DNA of 29,562 nucleotides. Origin: Candidatus Scalinduaceae bacterium (GTDB taxonomy: Bacteria; Planctomycetota; Brocadiia; Brocadiales; Scalinduaceae). Location: NCBI GenBank assembly GCA_046759445.1, contig JBHICG010000042.1, positions 1 through 29,562 of the forward strand, in the 5' to 3' direction. The notes beneath the pieces were generated by a model. That model was not told where the DNA came from and made no database searches. It saw nothing but the letters and a program-made list of their open reading frames with translations. Positions 18,048 to 27,300 of the stretch are shown here, piece by piece (positions within the stretch are counted from its first letter, which is position 1; each line of letters begins with the position of its first letter). The position numbers and the translations under genes were made by a program.

Positions 18048-21000
18048 ATGCAGTTAAAAAAATTAGGATTATTTGGCTTTAAATCTTTCCCAGTTAAGAC
18101 GAGCTTCACTTTTGGGGATGGGATTACCATTATCGTAGGTTCTAATGGATGTGGTAAAAGTAATGTCGTCGACGCTATTAAATGGATACTTGGTGAACAG
18201 AGAGCAAAATCACTCAGGGGTAATGAAATGTCAGATGTGATATTTAATGGGACAAGCAAACGCCCCTCTATGGGATATGCGGAAGTTTCACTTACTATTT
18301 TGAATGATAAAAATATGCTACCGTTAGAGTATGAAGAAGTGTGTATTACCAGGCGTCTGTATACCTCAGGTGAATCAGAATACTTAATAAATAAACAACT
18401 TTGTCGCTTGAGAGATATTAAAGAACTTTTCATGGACACGGGGGTAGGGGCCAATTGTTATTCACTTATCGAACAAGGCAGGGTGGATACCTTGTTACAG
18501 GCAAATGCCCAAGAGAAACGTTTGGTCTTTGAGGAGGCAGCTGGTATCAGTAAATACAAAATTAAAAAAAGGGAAGCCATGTTAAAGTTGGAGAAGGTTG
18601 AACAGAATTTACTTCGCTTAAGTGATATAATCGAAGAGGTACAGAAGCAACTCCGTTCTGTAAAACTTCAAGCGGCAAAGGCTCGCAAATATAATGAGTC
18701 TGTAACCAGATTGAACGATTTAAGACTAAAGCTTTCCTTAAAGAAATATAGAATTTTTAAAGCTGAAAGAGCAGATGTTCTGGAACGTATGCAACAGATG
18801 GGTAATCAAAGTCAAGGGGTACTTTCTAAGATTGAAGAAATGGAGGCTAAAAGGGATAGTTTACGAAATTGTATAGATGAACTTGCTTCTAGCCTTGAAC
18901 AGTCCCAGCTTAATTTTTTAAATCTTGACGCAAAAATTACCAATGCAAATGATAGGATAGAATTTAACCATAAGACGACAGAGGAACTTAATACCCAAAA
19001 GGATAAATATGAGAGACAGATTAATATACTTAAAAATAAAATTAAAGAAGCAGAGGGTGAAATTTCTGATTTGACCCAGGGCTTAGAAGAAATACAGAAG
19101 GATCTATCGGATAAGGTTAATTGCTTATCATCAAAAGAAACGGAGTTAAAACAATATTTATTTGAATGTGATATCCTCCAGCAAAAGATAGATGAGAATA
19201 AAAAGAAGGTAATAGACATGCTTCAAAGGGGTGCTAACCTTCAAAATGAGATAGGCAGTTTGAGCGCAGAGAGGGATACTATTGGCAACAGAAAGACTAA
19301 GTTGTTAAGACGACAGGAAGAGATATCATCAGAATTAGGACGTTTAGAGTGTGAAAAACAAGAGCTCACAGAACAAAAGGATAAAACCATAAACGAAATT
19401 AAATCTCTTGAGGATTGTTTGTCCAGGATTAACGAAGAAATAAAGGCATTGAATGATGAAATTCGATCTGTTGGTAATAAAATAAATTTACAACAGCAGT
19501 TGCGAGGTCGGAAAGAATCGCGCCTGGAAATCCTGGAAGACCTTGAAAAGCGTTATGAGGGGGTGGGTTCAGGCGTGAGGGTGATTTTGGAAGAATCCAG
19601 AAAAAATAATGGATTGATAACGGGAATTTATGGAATGATTGCAGATCTGATTAAGGTAGATAGCGCCTATGTACCTGCTATAGAAGCAGTTTTGCGTGAT
19701 AAAGCGCAAATAATAGTTACTAAATCATTAAAAGAAGCAATTCAAGCAATTAACTTTTTAAAAAAGCATGAGAAAGGGCATGTCAGATTTCTTCCGTTGG
19801 AAGATATTAATACGAACAGGCCTGAGACGACTCTAGATTTAAGTATTCCGGGTGTTATAGGAAAAGCAGTTGATTTAGTAAAAAGCGAAGATTGCTTTAG
19901 TTTATTAATTGAGTATATCTTTATGGATACGATTGTAGTTAAAGATTTTGACACGGCATTGACGTTTGTTAATGATAGAAATGGACCTCACTGTATAGTA
20001 ACACTAGATGGGGAAGTGGTTGAGCCAGGTGGGACAATTTTTGTTGGTATGGGCGATATGCATGTCGGGCTTATTTCTCGGAAGACAGAACTTGAAAACA
20101 TTAAATTAGAGCTTGTAAAGATTGAAAAAGAAATTGAAGGGTATGTAAATGAAAAGAGGATTAAAACCGAGGAAGTTGAGAGCCTTAGTAAGGAATCGTA
20201 TGAGATTAAGAAGAAGATAGATGCAGAAAATACTCTTAGAGTCTCAAATGAAAATGATCTTCACAAGGAAGAGTTCAAAATTGTTGAACTTAATGAAGAA
20301 AAGAATATTAATGAAAGTGAGATTAATGAAATAGACGAGCACATCGAAAACATCGATCAAAGAGAAACGAAAATTATTGATGAGATAAAAATATTAAATG
20401 ATAAGCGAAATAATCTGGAAAATCAGGTTGTAGTTTCAGATAATGAGAGAATCCAAAAGGAAAACAGTAAAGTAGATGTTCAAAATGAAATAACAGAGTT
20501 AAAGGTTATTATAGCACAAAAGGAGGAAAGAAGAGATAATATCAATACTTCTAGAGAAAGATTAAAAGATGAATTCCAGAAAAACAAAGAGGAACTTACG
20601 TCCGTTCATAGCGAAATAAGCAATAGTAAAGAAAGGGTTGAAGAATGCGAAACAGAAATTTCAAGTTTAAATAAGTTATTAGAAGAACTTAAAAAAGAGA
20701 AAATCGACATGGAGAGAAATATCGAGACGTTAAAAGAAAAACAAAGCAACAATAATGAGCAGCTAAATGACGTTGATAAACACCTTGATGAATATAGAGA
20801 GGAATATAGGCGAGATGAGCAGAAGATAAATGATTTGAGGTTGAAGGAGAATGAATTTAAGATAAAGATTGAAGATTTAGAAGAGAGAATGCGCGAAGAT
20901 TATCATGTTGAGCTATCTGATCGAGATTTGGAGTGTAAAGGAGAAGATAGTGAATCTATTGATTGGGAGAATGTTTCTCAGGAGATTGATCTATTAAGGG

Positions 21001-21629
21001 GCAAGATAGAAAGAATGGGCAACGTCAATTTGGAAGCTATTCAGGAGCAGAAAGAACTTGAGGTGAGAGAGGCGCATCTTATGGAGCAAAAAGAGGATAT
21101 TCAAAAGTCAGAGAGAAGTTTGAAAGATATCGTAAAAAAGATAAATGTTACAAGTAGAGAATTATTTGAAAAAGCATTTCACGAAATAAGAAAGAATTTC
21201 CATGAATTGTTTCGTAAATTGTTTGGTGGCGGCAGGGCGGATATTATCTTAGAGGAAGGTGTTGATATTCTGGATGCGGGTATAGACATAATTGCTCAAC
21301 CTCCAGGGAAGGAACTTAAATCAATTACGCTTTTTTCGGGAGGTGAGAACGTTATGACAACGATCGCTCTATTGTTTGCCATATTTCAGTCTAAACCAAG
21401 TCCATTCTGTATACTTGATGAAGTTGATGCAGCCTTAGATGAAAACAACATTAATCGTTTTCTTCAGATACTTAAGGAATTTACAAAAATATCTCAATTT
21501 ATTATTATAACACACAATAAGCAGACTATAAGTATAGCCGATGTATTGTATGGGGTCACAATGGAGGAAGCAGGGGTATCAAAGAAGGTATCAGTAAAAT
21601 TTAAAGAAGAAGCAAGGCAGGTTGCATAA
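18048..21629 (+). CDS. smc: Chromosome segregation protein SMC
   Basis: GFKSF, Walker A GSNGCGKSN, SLRG..MSDVIF, IEQG, long coiled coils around a hinge (GHVRFLPL, VTLDGE), signature FSGGE, Walker B/D-loop LDEVDAALD, and ITH. Confidence 0.97.
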   Translation: MQLKKLGLFGFKSFPVKTSFTFGDGITIIVGSNGCGKSNVVDAIKWILGEQRAKSLRGNEMSDVIFNGTSKRPSMGYAEVSLTILNDKNMLPLEYEEVCITRRLYTSGESEYLINKQLCRLRDIKELFMDTGVGANCYSLIEQGRVDTLLQANAQEKRLVFEEAAGISKYKIKKREAMLKLEKVEQNLLRLSDIIEEVQKQLRSVKLQAAKARKYNESVTRLNDLRLKLSLKKYRIFKAERADVLERMQQMGNQSQGVLSKIEEMEAKRDSLRNCIDELASSLEQSQLNFLNLDAKITNANDRIEFNHKTTEELNTQKDKYERQINILKNKIKEAEGEISDLTQGLEEIQKDLSDKVNCLSSKETELKQYLFECDILQQKIDENKKKVIDMLQRGANLQNEIGSLSAERDTIGNRKTKLLRRQEEISSELGRLECEKQELTEQKDKTINEIKSLEDCLSRINEEIKALNDEIRSVGNKINLQQQLRGRKESRLEILEDLEKRYEGVGSGVRVILEESRKNNGLITGIYGMIADLIKVDSAYVPAIEAVLRDKAQIIVTKSLKEAIQAINFLKKHEKGHVRFLPLEDINTNRPETTLDLSIPGVIGKAVDLVKSEDCFSLLIEYIFMDTIVVKDFDTALTFVNDRNGPHCIVTLDGEVVEPGGTIFVGMGDMHVGLISRKTELENIKLELVKIEKEIEGYVNEKRIKTEEVESLSKESYEIKKKIDAENTLRVSNENDLHKEEFKIVELNEEKNINESEINEIDEHIENIDQRETKIIDEIKILNDKRNNLENQVVVSDNERIQKENSKVDVQNEITELKVIIAQKEERRDNINTSRERLKDEFQKNKEELTSVHSEISNSKERVEECETEISSLNKLLEELKKEKIDMERNIETLKEKQSNNNEQLNDVDKHLDEYREEYRRDEQKINDLRLKENEFKIKIEDLEERMREDYHVELSDRDLECKGEDSESIDWENVSQEIDLLRGKIERMGNVNLEAIQEQKELEVREAHLMEQKEDIQKSERSLKDIVKKINVTSRELFEKAFHEIRKNFHELFRKLFGGGRADIILEEGVDILDAGIDIIAQPPGKELKSITLFSGGENVMTTIALLFAIFQSKPSPFCILDEVDAALDENNINRFLQILKEFTKISQFIIITHNKQTISIADVLYGVTMEEAGVSKKVSVKFKEEARQVA

Positions 21630-21738
21630 GTCAATATATATAGTATTACTTTGTAAAATCTTCTTTTGTGTTGTTAAATCGATTTTGGTTATAGCTCTGC
21701 TGCACTGTGGAATATTATATGATCGCCCATATTTACCT

Positions 21739-22422
21739 TTATTCGGTTACATTACAATATTTTTCTAATGTCTTAATCAGTTTTTTTGCCTCATCAGGCA
21801 TATCGGCCTCGTTGTCGAATATTTCTTTTACGGTCACTTCCTTACCGTAGAATTTTTCATTAGCGCCGTTATCCTGTGTTATAATTCCACCTTCAAAAGT
21901 TAGTCCTCCATATAATCCTTTAGCCCTTGCATAGACTAGGAACGCAGTATCCGGCCCTATCTTCGCATCTGCATCCCTTCCAACAGGACCTGCCGCAATA
22001 GAGGCATCAACACCTAATTTGCATTTCAACTTCAGCATAGACTCTATACCGCTCTTATTCATTATCAAAAGTATCGCATCAACCAATTGCCCTCCAATTT
22101 GAAGTCCAAAACTCCCCTCCGCACTTGTAACAAAGGAGGGCGCACTCCATTTACCAGTATTTTTATCTTTCTTCAATGCTACTCCTTTGCCGCCCTTCAC
22201 GCCGAAAATAAATCCAGCCTTATACTGGCGTATTATTACAACACCGTAGCACTTCTTTAAAAGTAATGACGGTATCGCTGTATCCGGTGTCTCCATTATC
22301 TCTTCAAGATAATTATTGGCCCTTTCAATTCTCTCGTTCAATTTCTTCTTCGATACTGCGTATACATCAGGGGTAATTAGAACGAAACAAATAATTATCA
22401 GCAATACAAATTTCATTCGCAA
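21739..22422 (-). CDS. Exported SYLF/Ysc84 lipid-binding domain protein
   Basis: KAGFIFGVKGGKG, WSAPSF, SFGLQIGGQ, LGVDASIAAGPVGR, YARAKGLYGG and NEKFYG; signal-peptide-like N-terminus. Start moved to TTG 22422 (8 nt after GGAGGG) or ATG 22416. Confidence 0.88.
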   Translation of the reverse strand: MRMKFVLLIIICFVLITPDVYAVSKKKLNERIERANNYLEEIMETPDTAIPSLLLKKCYGVVIIRQYKAGFIFGVKGGKGVALKKDKNTGKWSAPSFVTSAEGSFGLQIGGQLVDAILLIMNKSGIESMLKLKCKLGVDASIAAGPVGRDADAKIGPDTAFLVYARAKGLYGGLTFEGGIITQDNGANEKFYGKEVTVKEIFDNEADMPDEAKKLIKTLEKYCNVTE

Positions 22423-22474
22423 TTTATAAACCCTCCTATGTATTTTATGAAACCATGAGATGATAAGAATTTGT

Positions 22475-22513
22475 CCCGTTAGAAAGAAAGCCACATCCGA
22501 TCTTTCTAACGGG
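22475..22513. repeat. REP-like palindromic element
   Basis: CCCGTTAGAAAGA-(13 nt)-TCTTTCTAACGGG, a perfect 13-bp stem in intergenic DNA. Confidence 0.75.
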
Positions 22514-22648
22514 GTTTACATTATTCGTAATTTGTTAAGTGTATATTGTAGGTTTGACCCCACTCTTCCTCTCTCTCAAGTTATTCTTCTAATGCTTAAT
22601 ATAAGATATTATATTTATTCTTGAGTTTTTTCTTTAAGATAATAGCGC

Positions 22649-23506
22649 CTAATCTTTTTTTAATAAAAGTCTGGCAAAGTTGTACATTACAAAATACTCC
22701 CACGCAAATGGGCCAAAGCCAAGGAAACCTACAACTGGCATTTCAAATATCTTTATGTCTTGCATGAAGGGTGCAGTATAGACCCATTTTGAAGCTGCCC
22801 AGTAGTTCCAGAATTCCCACAATAATCCACAAATAAAACCTGCCGTAAAAAGGTTGAGGATTCTTTTTAAAACACCATTTTCTAAATCTCTTAATAGAGA
22901 ACCTCCATTGCTTGAGTACACAATTGGTTCCAACAACATTACAAACCCGGTCCATACAAGTCCAAAAAGATACCTGGCATAGTATTCACTCACTAATAAT
23001 GGCGCCATTATGAAAATGAAACCAAGCACAATGCCACTATAAATTATTTTGTTCGTTACCTTGAGTTTTGCTATACGAAATCTGTCAAAGATATGAAGTG
23101 TATCCAGGAGTTCTGCCGTTAAAAACAAGCCGGGCATTATTGTTGCAAAGGATAAACTAGTTCCCAGATAAAGTTCTATTGGATTTTCCGGTAAGCCTAT
23201 ATACTTCCAATTTGCAAGATGTAAATTGTAAACCTCAAAGAGTAGCCAGATTAATATGGAAAGTGGGAGTTGTAGCAGGAAATTTTTTCTCCTGTTGCAT
23301 ATGAGTGAATTTCCCTTTAATTTGAATATTATGGCATCGATTAGGAATATGTATCCCCACCAGCATAAGGGAGTCGTCCACACACTCATCCTGTGTGCTA
23401 TATAGAGTTTATATTGAAGGATAACTCCCAGTTCGGCTAATAAGATTAAGAAAATACCGATCCAGCCGTGTAATTTAAATTCATATTTTTTATTTACGTC
23501 TAGCAT
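22649..23506 (-). CDS. Conserved-looking integral membrane protein of unknown function with an internal duplication
   Basis: About 8 hydrophobic segments; two similar halves (GNSLI...LFEVYN...NWKY and GGSLL...LWEFWN...KWVY). Confidence 0.75.
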   Translation of the reverse strand: MLDVNKKYEFKLHGWIGIFLILLAELGVILQYKLYIAHRMSVWTTPLCWWGYIFLIDAIIFKLKGNSLICNRRKNFLLQLPLSILIWLLFEVYNLHLANWKYIGLPENPIELYLGTSLSFATIMPGLFLTAELLDTLHIFDRFRIAKLKVTNKIIYSGIVLGFIFIMAPLLVSEYYARYLFGLVWTGFVMLLEPIVYSSNGGSLLRDLENGVLKRILNLFTAGFICGLLWEFWNYWAASKWVYTAPFMQDIKIFEMPVVGFLGFGPFAWEYFVMYNFARLLLKKD

Positions 23507-23662
23507 TGTCTAAATCTATCAATTTATTTATGACTTTAATATTCAATAAATAAACGTAGCTTGTCAGTAAAATTAGCAGTAACATTTTGCATAATCAAGG
23601 GAAATTTTTGGTAAGAAGGAAGGGGTTAAATGTAAACGGGCTGTTACGAGGAAGGCCTTTTA

Positions 23663-24124
23663 TTAGGAATCCTTTTTGTGGTGTCTAATGAACCACTTTA
23701 CGGCATTTAGTACATCGTCTATATATACGTCTGTATCGACGCAGTAGCCATGAGGCCTTAGGTTTGGTACTGCGACTATAGCTTTTGGCATGGCGGCCAT
23801 TAATCCTGTGCGTAATTCTCTTTCACAAGCAATGGCCACGACTCCCTGGACTTCTTCGGCCATTACTCTTTTAAGTGCAATTCGGCCACCGCTAGCTACA
23901 GCTATACTTATACCGTATTCTTCTGATAACTCCAGCAGGTCTTTTACCTTGCAATTTCCACAGCGTTTGCACTCATTAAGGTCATGTTTGATGTTTTGTT
24001 TGCATTTTGAATTCTGTATGCAGTGAGGAAAAAGGAGTAATAAACCCTCTGGTGGGCATTTTTTCTTCCTTAATTTGGTCATCAAATTGTTAAGTGAAAC
24101 AACCTGTTTATCCAGGACTTCCAT
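23663..24124 (-). CDS. DUF116 family Cys-rich protein
   Basis: LLLFPHCIQ, CKRCGNC, VASGG, VAIACEREL..G, PN.RPHG.CVDT; lies after def-fmt, a known DUF116 context. Confidence 0.85.
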   Translation of the reverse strand: MEVLDKQVVSLNNLMTKLRKKKCPPEGLLLLFPHCIQNSKCKQNIKHDLNECKRCGNCKVKDLLELSEEYGISIAVASGGRIALKRVMAEEVQGVVAIACERELRTGLMAAMPKAIVAVPNLRPHGYCVDTDVYIDDVLNAVKWFIRHHKKDS

Positions 24125-24172
24125 TTTATGAATACCTCTTTTTCTTAAAGGATATTTTTATGTTTTGTATTT

Positions 24173-25129
24173 TTAACTGAATAAATAACCAACTTTGACA
24201 TCGTGTCCTCTGGAGAATGCACCAGCGCTCATACTTTGTTTACCTTCAGGTTTGATTTCTTTAATCCATATGCAACCATTTTTTGTAGCCGTTTTTATAC
24301 CACGGTCAGAAATATCCATGATAGTGCCAGGGTTCTCAATTGTCTCAGTATTATAAGGAGTATCTCTTTCAGTTTTGAGAATTATGATTCTTTCCTTTGA
24401 ATCGCTTTTGTTTAATGTTGTATAAGCAGATGGCCATGGATTCATTGCTCGTACGTGATTGTGTATCTCTTTGGTGTCTCGATTCCAGTTAACAAGGCCA
24501 TTTTCCTTTTTTAATTTTGGCGCATAAGTAACGGCCTTCTCATCTTGCTGTGTATATTTTACATCTCCTGTTTCTATTAGCTTTAAGCTGTCTATTAAAA
24601 TTGCGGCACTCAGTATGCTTAATCTTTTCTCGAGCTCACCTGATGTTTCTTCAGGCTCTATCCTTATTGATTTTTGCATAATAATCTCACCAGCATCCAT
24701 TTTTTCTCGCATTACGATGGTGGTTATACCAGTTTCTTCCTCCCCCTTGGCAATTGCCCAGTTAATGGGCGCAGCTCCACGATATTTTGGGAGTAGCGAT
24801 GCATGGCAATTAATGCATTTATATTTTGGTAAATCTAGTATCTTGGTCGAAATCTTTTGGCCAAAAGCTACTACGACTATAACGTCAGGATTTATCTCCT
24901 TGAGTTTCTCCGTAATTATTTTATCATTTACGTTTTCTGGTTGAAGGGCTTGAAGGCCTGAATCTAGGGCAACATTTTTAATAGGTGGTGCGCAAGGTTT
25001 ACTCTTTCGTCCTCTAGGTTTATCTGTTTGTGTAATAACAGTTGCAACGTTGTATTTTGATTTTATCAGAGATTTTAAGCTTGGGACTGCAAAATCCGGC
25101 GTGCCCATAAAAACGATATTCATGTGCAT
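24173..25129 (-). CDS. fmt: Methionyl-tRNA formyltransferase
   Basis: IVFMGTPDFAVPSL, VVVAFGQ, INCHASLLPKYRGAAPI, MDAG, TYAPKL and RAMNPWP. Confidence 0.97.
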   Translation of the reverse strand: MHMNIVFMGTPDFAVPSLKSLIKSKYNVATVITQTDKPRGRKSKPCAPPIKNVALDSGLQALQPENVNDKIITEKLKEINPDVIVVVAFGQKISTKILDLPKYKCINCHASLLPKYRGAAPINWAIAKGEEETGITTIVMREKMDAGEIIMQKSIRIEPEETSGELEKRLSILSAAILIDSLKLIETGDVKYTQQDEKAVTYAPKLKKENGLVNWNRDTKEIHNHVRAMNPWPSAYTTLNKSDSKERIIILKTERDTPYNTETIENPGTIMDISDRGIKTATKNGCIWIKEIKPEGKQSMSAGAFSRGHDVKVGYLFS

Positions 25130-25149
25130 TGAGTATGAAAGATTACTAT

Positions 25150-25665
25150 TTAACTAACGCCGGCCTGGTTATTCTGAAAATCTAACTCAAATTCCTTTAT
25201 CTTTTGTTTATTGGCTATCATGCTTGCAGGGGTCATCTTGTCGATAAAAAGGTAACCGTTTATGTGATCAATTTCATGCTGCCACGCACGACTTAATAGG
25301 CCTTCAGCTTCAATTTTAAGTTTTCCCCCTTCGAGGTTGTAAGCAATGATAGTAACAAATTGTGAACGTATAACCTTTCCCATTACACCAGGAAAGGATA
25401 AACAACCTTCTTCTTCTATAATATCACCCCTTTCTTCTATGATATACGGGTTTATGAAGATTCTTTCTCCAGTTTTTGAACCAGTTATATCAAGAACAAC
25501 CAGGCGTTTTGATAGTCCTATTTGTGGAGCTGCAAGCCCTATCCCATCAACATTGTACAGAGTATCAAGCATTTCTTCTGCAATTTGACAAATCTCATTG
25601 TCAATTTCTTCAATTGGTTTAGCCTTGTTTCTTAAGATTGGATTTGGGTAAGTTACTATTTCCAT
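25150..25665 (-). CDS. def: Peptide deformylase
   Basis: GIGLAAPQIG, EGCLS and QHEIDH motifs. Confidence 0.97.
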   Translation of the reverse strand: MEIVTYPNPILRNKAKPIEEIDNEICQIAEEMLDTLYNVDGIGLAAPQIGLSKRLVVLDITGSKTGERIFINPYIIEERGDIIEEEGCLSFPGVMGKVIRSQFVTIIAYNLEGGKLKIEAEGLLSRAWQHEIDHINGYLFIDKMTPASMIANKQKIKEFELDFQNNQAGVS

Positions 25666-25786
25666 TGCTTTGCAGAGTGTTAATTCTCTTTAAAATCAGG
25701 GTTTGTGGCTTACGAAAATGTAAAATTTATTAGAAAATAGTATATAATATCATCCTCTTAAAAAGCAAGTGTTATTTGTTTTTTTG

Positions 25787-25815
25787 TTGACATTGGTCTT
25801 CGCATTTTTTAAACT
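25787..25815 (+). promoter_or_regulatory. Putative sigma70 promoter of rpsT
   Basis: TTGACA (25787-25792), 17-nt spacer, TAAACT (25810-25815). Confidence 0.65.
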
Positions 25816-25900
25816 CTCTAACGTTAGCTAGTAATGAGATTGTATGTAATATATGTATAATTATACGACTGAATTAAGTTATTAATAAGGGAAAAGTTTA

Positions 25901-26176
25901 ATGCCAACAAGCAAATCTGCAAAGAAAAGAGTAAGACAAAATATTAAGCGTAGGATGAGAAACAGGGGGCATAAATCTGCTTTAAGAACTCAAATAAAAA
26001 AGTTCGTTTTGGCTGTCAGGAACACAAACATAGAGGATGCAGAGAATCACCTGTCATTAACTACAAAGAAATTGGATAAAATTGCGGCCAAAGGGATTAT
26101 ACACAAAAACACAGCGTCAAGAAAAAAATCTCGTTTGACAAAGGCGCTTAATAAACTCAAAGCAACCAAATCATAA
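25901..26176 (+). CDS. rpsT: 30S ribosomal protein S20
   Basis: MPTSKSAKKRVRQ..KRR.RN, and KGIIHKNTASRKKSRL. Confidence 0.97.
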   Translation: MPTSKSAKKRVRQNIKRRMRNRGHKSALRTQIKKFVLAVRNTNIEDAENHLSLTTKKLDKIAAKGIIHKNTASRKKSRLTKALNKLKATKS

Positions 26177-26202
26177 ATATTGCAAGTTTGTTCTGTTTAT
26201 TT

Positions 26203-27138
26203 CTATATATTGTCTAGCCCCTTAAGGTGTTCTTCTATACATCTTGGTAAATCTAGTAAATGATATCCACCTTCTAAACAAGAAACAATTCTACCTTCAC
26301 AGCAATCCTTAGCGATATTTTTCGTGATTTTGGTTAATGTATTGTATTCGACAGCACTTAAACCTAATCCACCTACAGGATCGAGATGATAGGCATCAAA
26401 CCCTGAAGATATAAGCATAAACTGTGGCTTGAAAGGTTTGATTTTATTTTCCATTACATCATTGAAAGTTTTTAAATATTTTTGTGGTTCTGTATCATAA
26501 GCCATTGGCATATTTATTGTAAAACCTGAGCCTTTGCCTGTTCCGATTTCTTCTTTTTTCCCTGTCCCCGGGTAGAAGGGATACCTGTGTATGGAGAAAT
26601 ACATTACTGATGGGTCTTCGTAAAAGGTATCTTGTGTGCCATTACCGTGGTGTACGTCCCAATCAATTATTACAATTCTATCGAGATTATATTTTGATTG
26701 AATATACTTTGCTGCAATAGCTACGTTATTAAATAAGCAAAAACCCATACCCCTTGTTGGAGTGGCATGGTGACCAGGAGGACGTACCAGACAAAATGCA
26801 TTATTTGATTTTTTATTCATTATCAAATCAATAGCCGTAAGCAGTGCGCCAGTGGCATATAATGCTGCATTATATGAATTGGATGAAACATAGGTGTCAG
26901 GGTCTAGATATCCGCCACCTGTTCTAGCAAGTTCAGCAACTTTTTCAATATGAATTGTACTATGAACCATAGATATTTCTTCCTTTGTTGCAACTCTTGG
27001 TTTGTTAATATTTAGCTTTTGCCAGATGCCTTTTGCCTCTAGGTGTTTGATTGTATTTATTAACCTTGTGGAATTCTCGGGATGATTGGGGCCTGTATCA
27101 TGTTTCAAGTAAATGTCATCATAAATAACAGTGGTCAT
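26203..27138 (-). CDS. Zn-dependent histone deacetylase family protein (class II-like / AcuC-like)
   Basis: HPE..RL, DPDTY, RPPGHHA, MGFCLFNNVAIAA, DWDVHHGNGTQ, YPGTG, SSGFDA..DP and LEGGY; start moved to ATG 27138 (MTTVIYD). Confidence 0.93.
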   Translation of the reverse strand: MTTVIYDDIYLKHDTGPNHPENSTRLINTIKHLEAKGIWQKLNINKPRVATKEEISMVHSTIHIEKVAELARTGGGYLDPDTYVSSNSYNAALYATGALLTAIDLIMNKKSNNAFCLVRPPGHHATPTRGMGFCLFNNVAIAAKYIQSKYNLDRIVIIDWDVHHGNGTQDTFYEDPSVMYFSIHRYPFYPGTGKKEEIGTGKGSGFTINMPMAYDTEPQKYLKTFNDVMENKIKPFKPQFMLISSGFDAYHLDPVGGLGLSAVEYNTLTKITKNIAKDCCEGRIVSCLEGGYHLLDLPRCIEEHLKGLDNI

Positions 27139-27265
27139 AATAAGTTTTTGGATAATACAAAAATAGGTATTCACGGAATTCTGGCTGGTTGGGCTTGACC
27201 CCTTAAATGGTGATTCTAATGTTAAGTGTTTTTCCTGTCAAATCAAGCTAATTATAAACGAAATA

Positions 27266-27291
27266 CTGCCTGTCTGCCGACAGGCAGGCAG
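27266..27291. repeat. Short REP-like palindrome
   Basis: CTGCCTGTC-TGCC-GACAGGCAG(GCAG): perfect 9-bp GC-rich stem, 11 bp in an alternative register with one G-U. Confidence 0.7.
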
Positions 27292-27300
27292 GTGAATGGT

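Noticed and set aside
17990..18454. 154-aa minus-strand ORF, and other nested antisense ORFs such as 3106-3534, 4495-4989, 7728-8099, 18812-19219
   Set aside because: Shadows of well-supported genes on the opposite strand, with no recognisable motifs.
21328..21360. SMC signature reads LFSGGENV rather than LLSGGEK
   Set aside because: The SGGE core, Walker A/B, D-loop and His switch are intact; probably tolerated variation.
22571..22580. CTCTCTCAAG matches the reverse complement of 17980-17989
   Set aside because: Only 10 bp, partly a dinucleotide run, and does not extend convincingly; compatible with chance.
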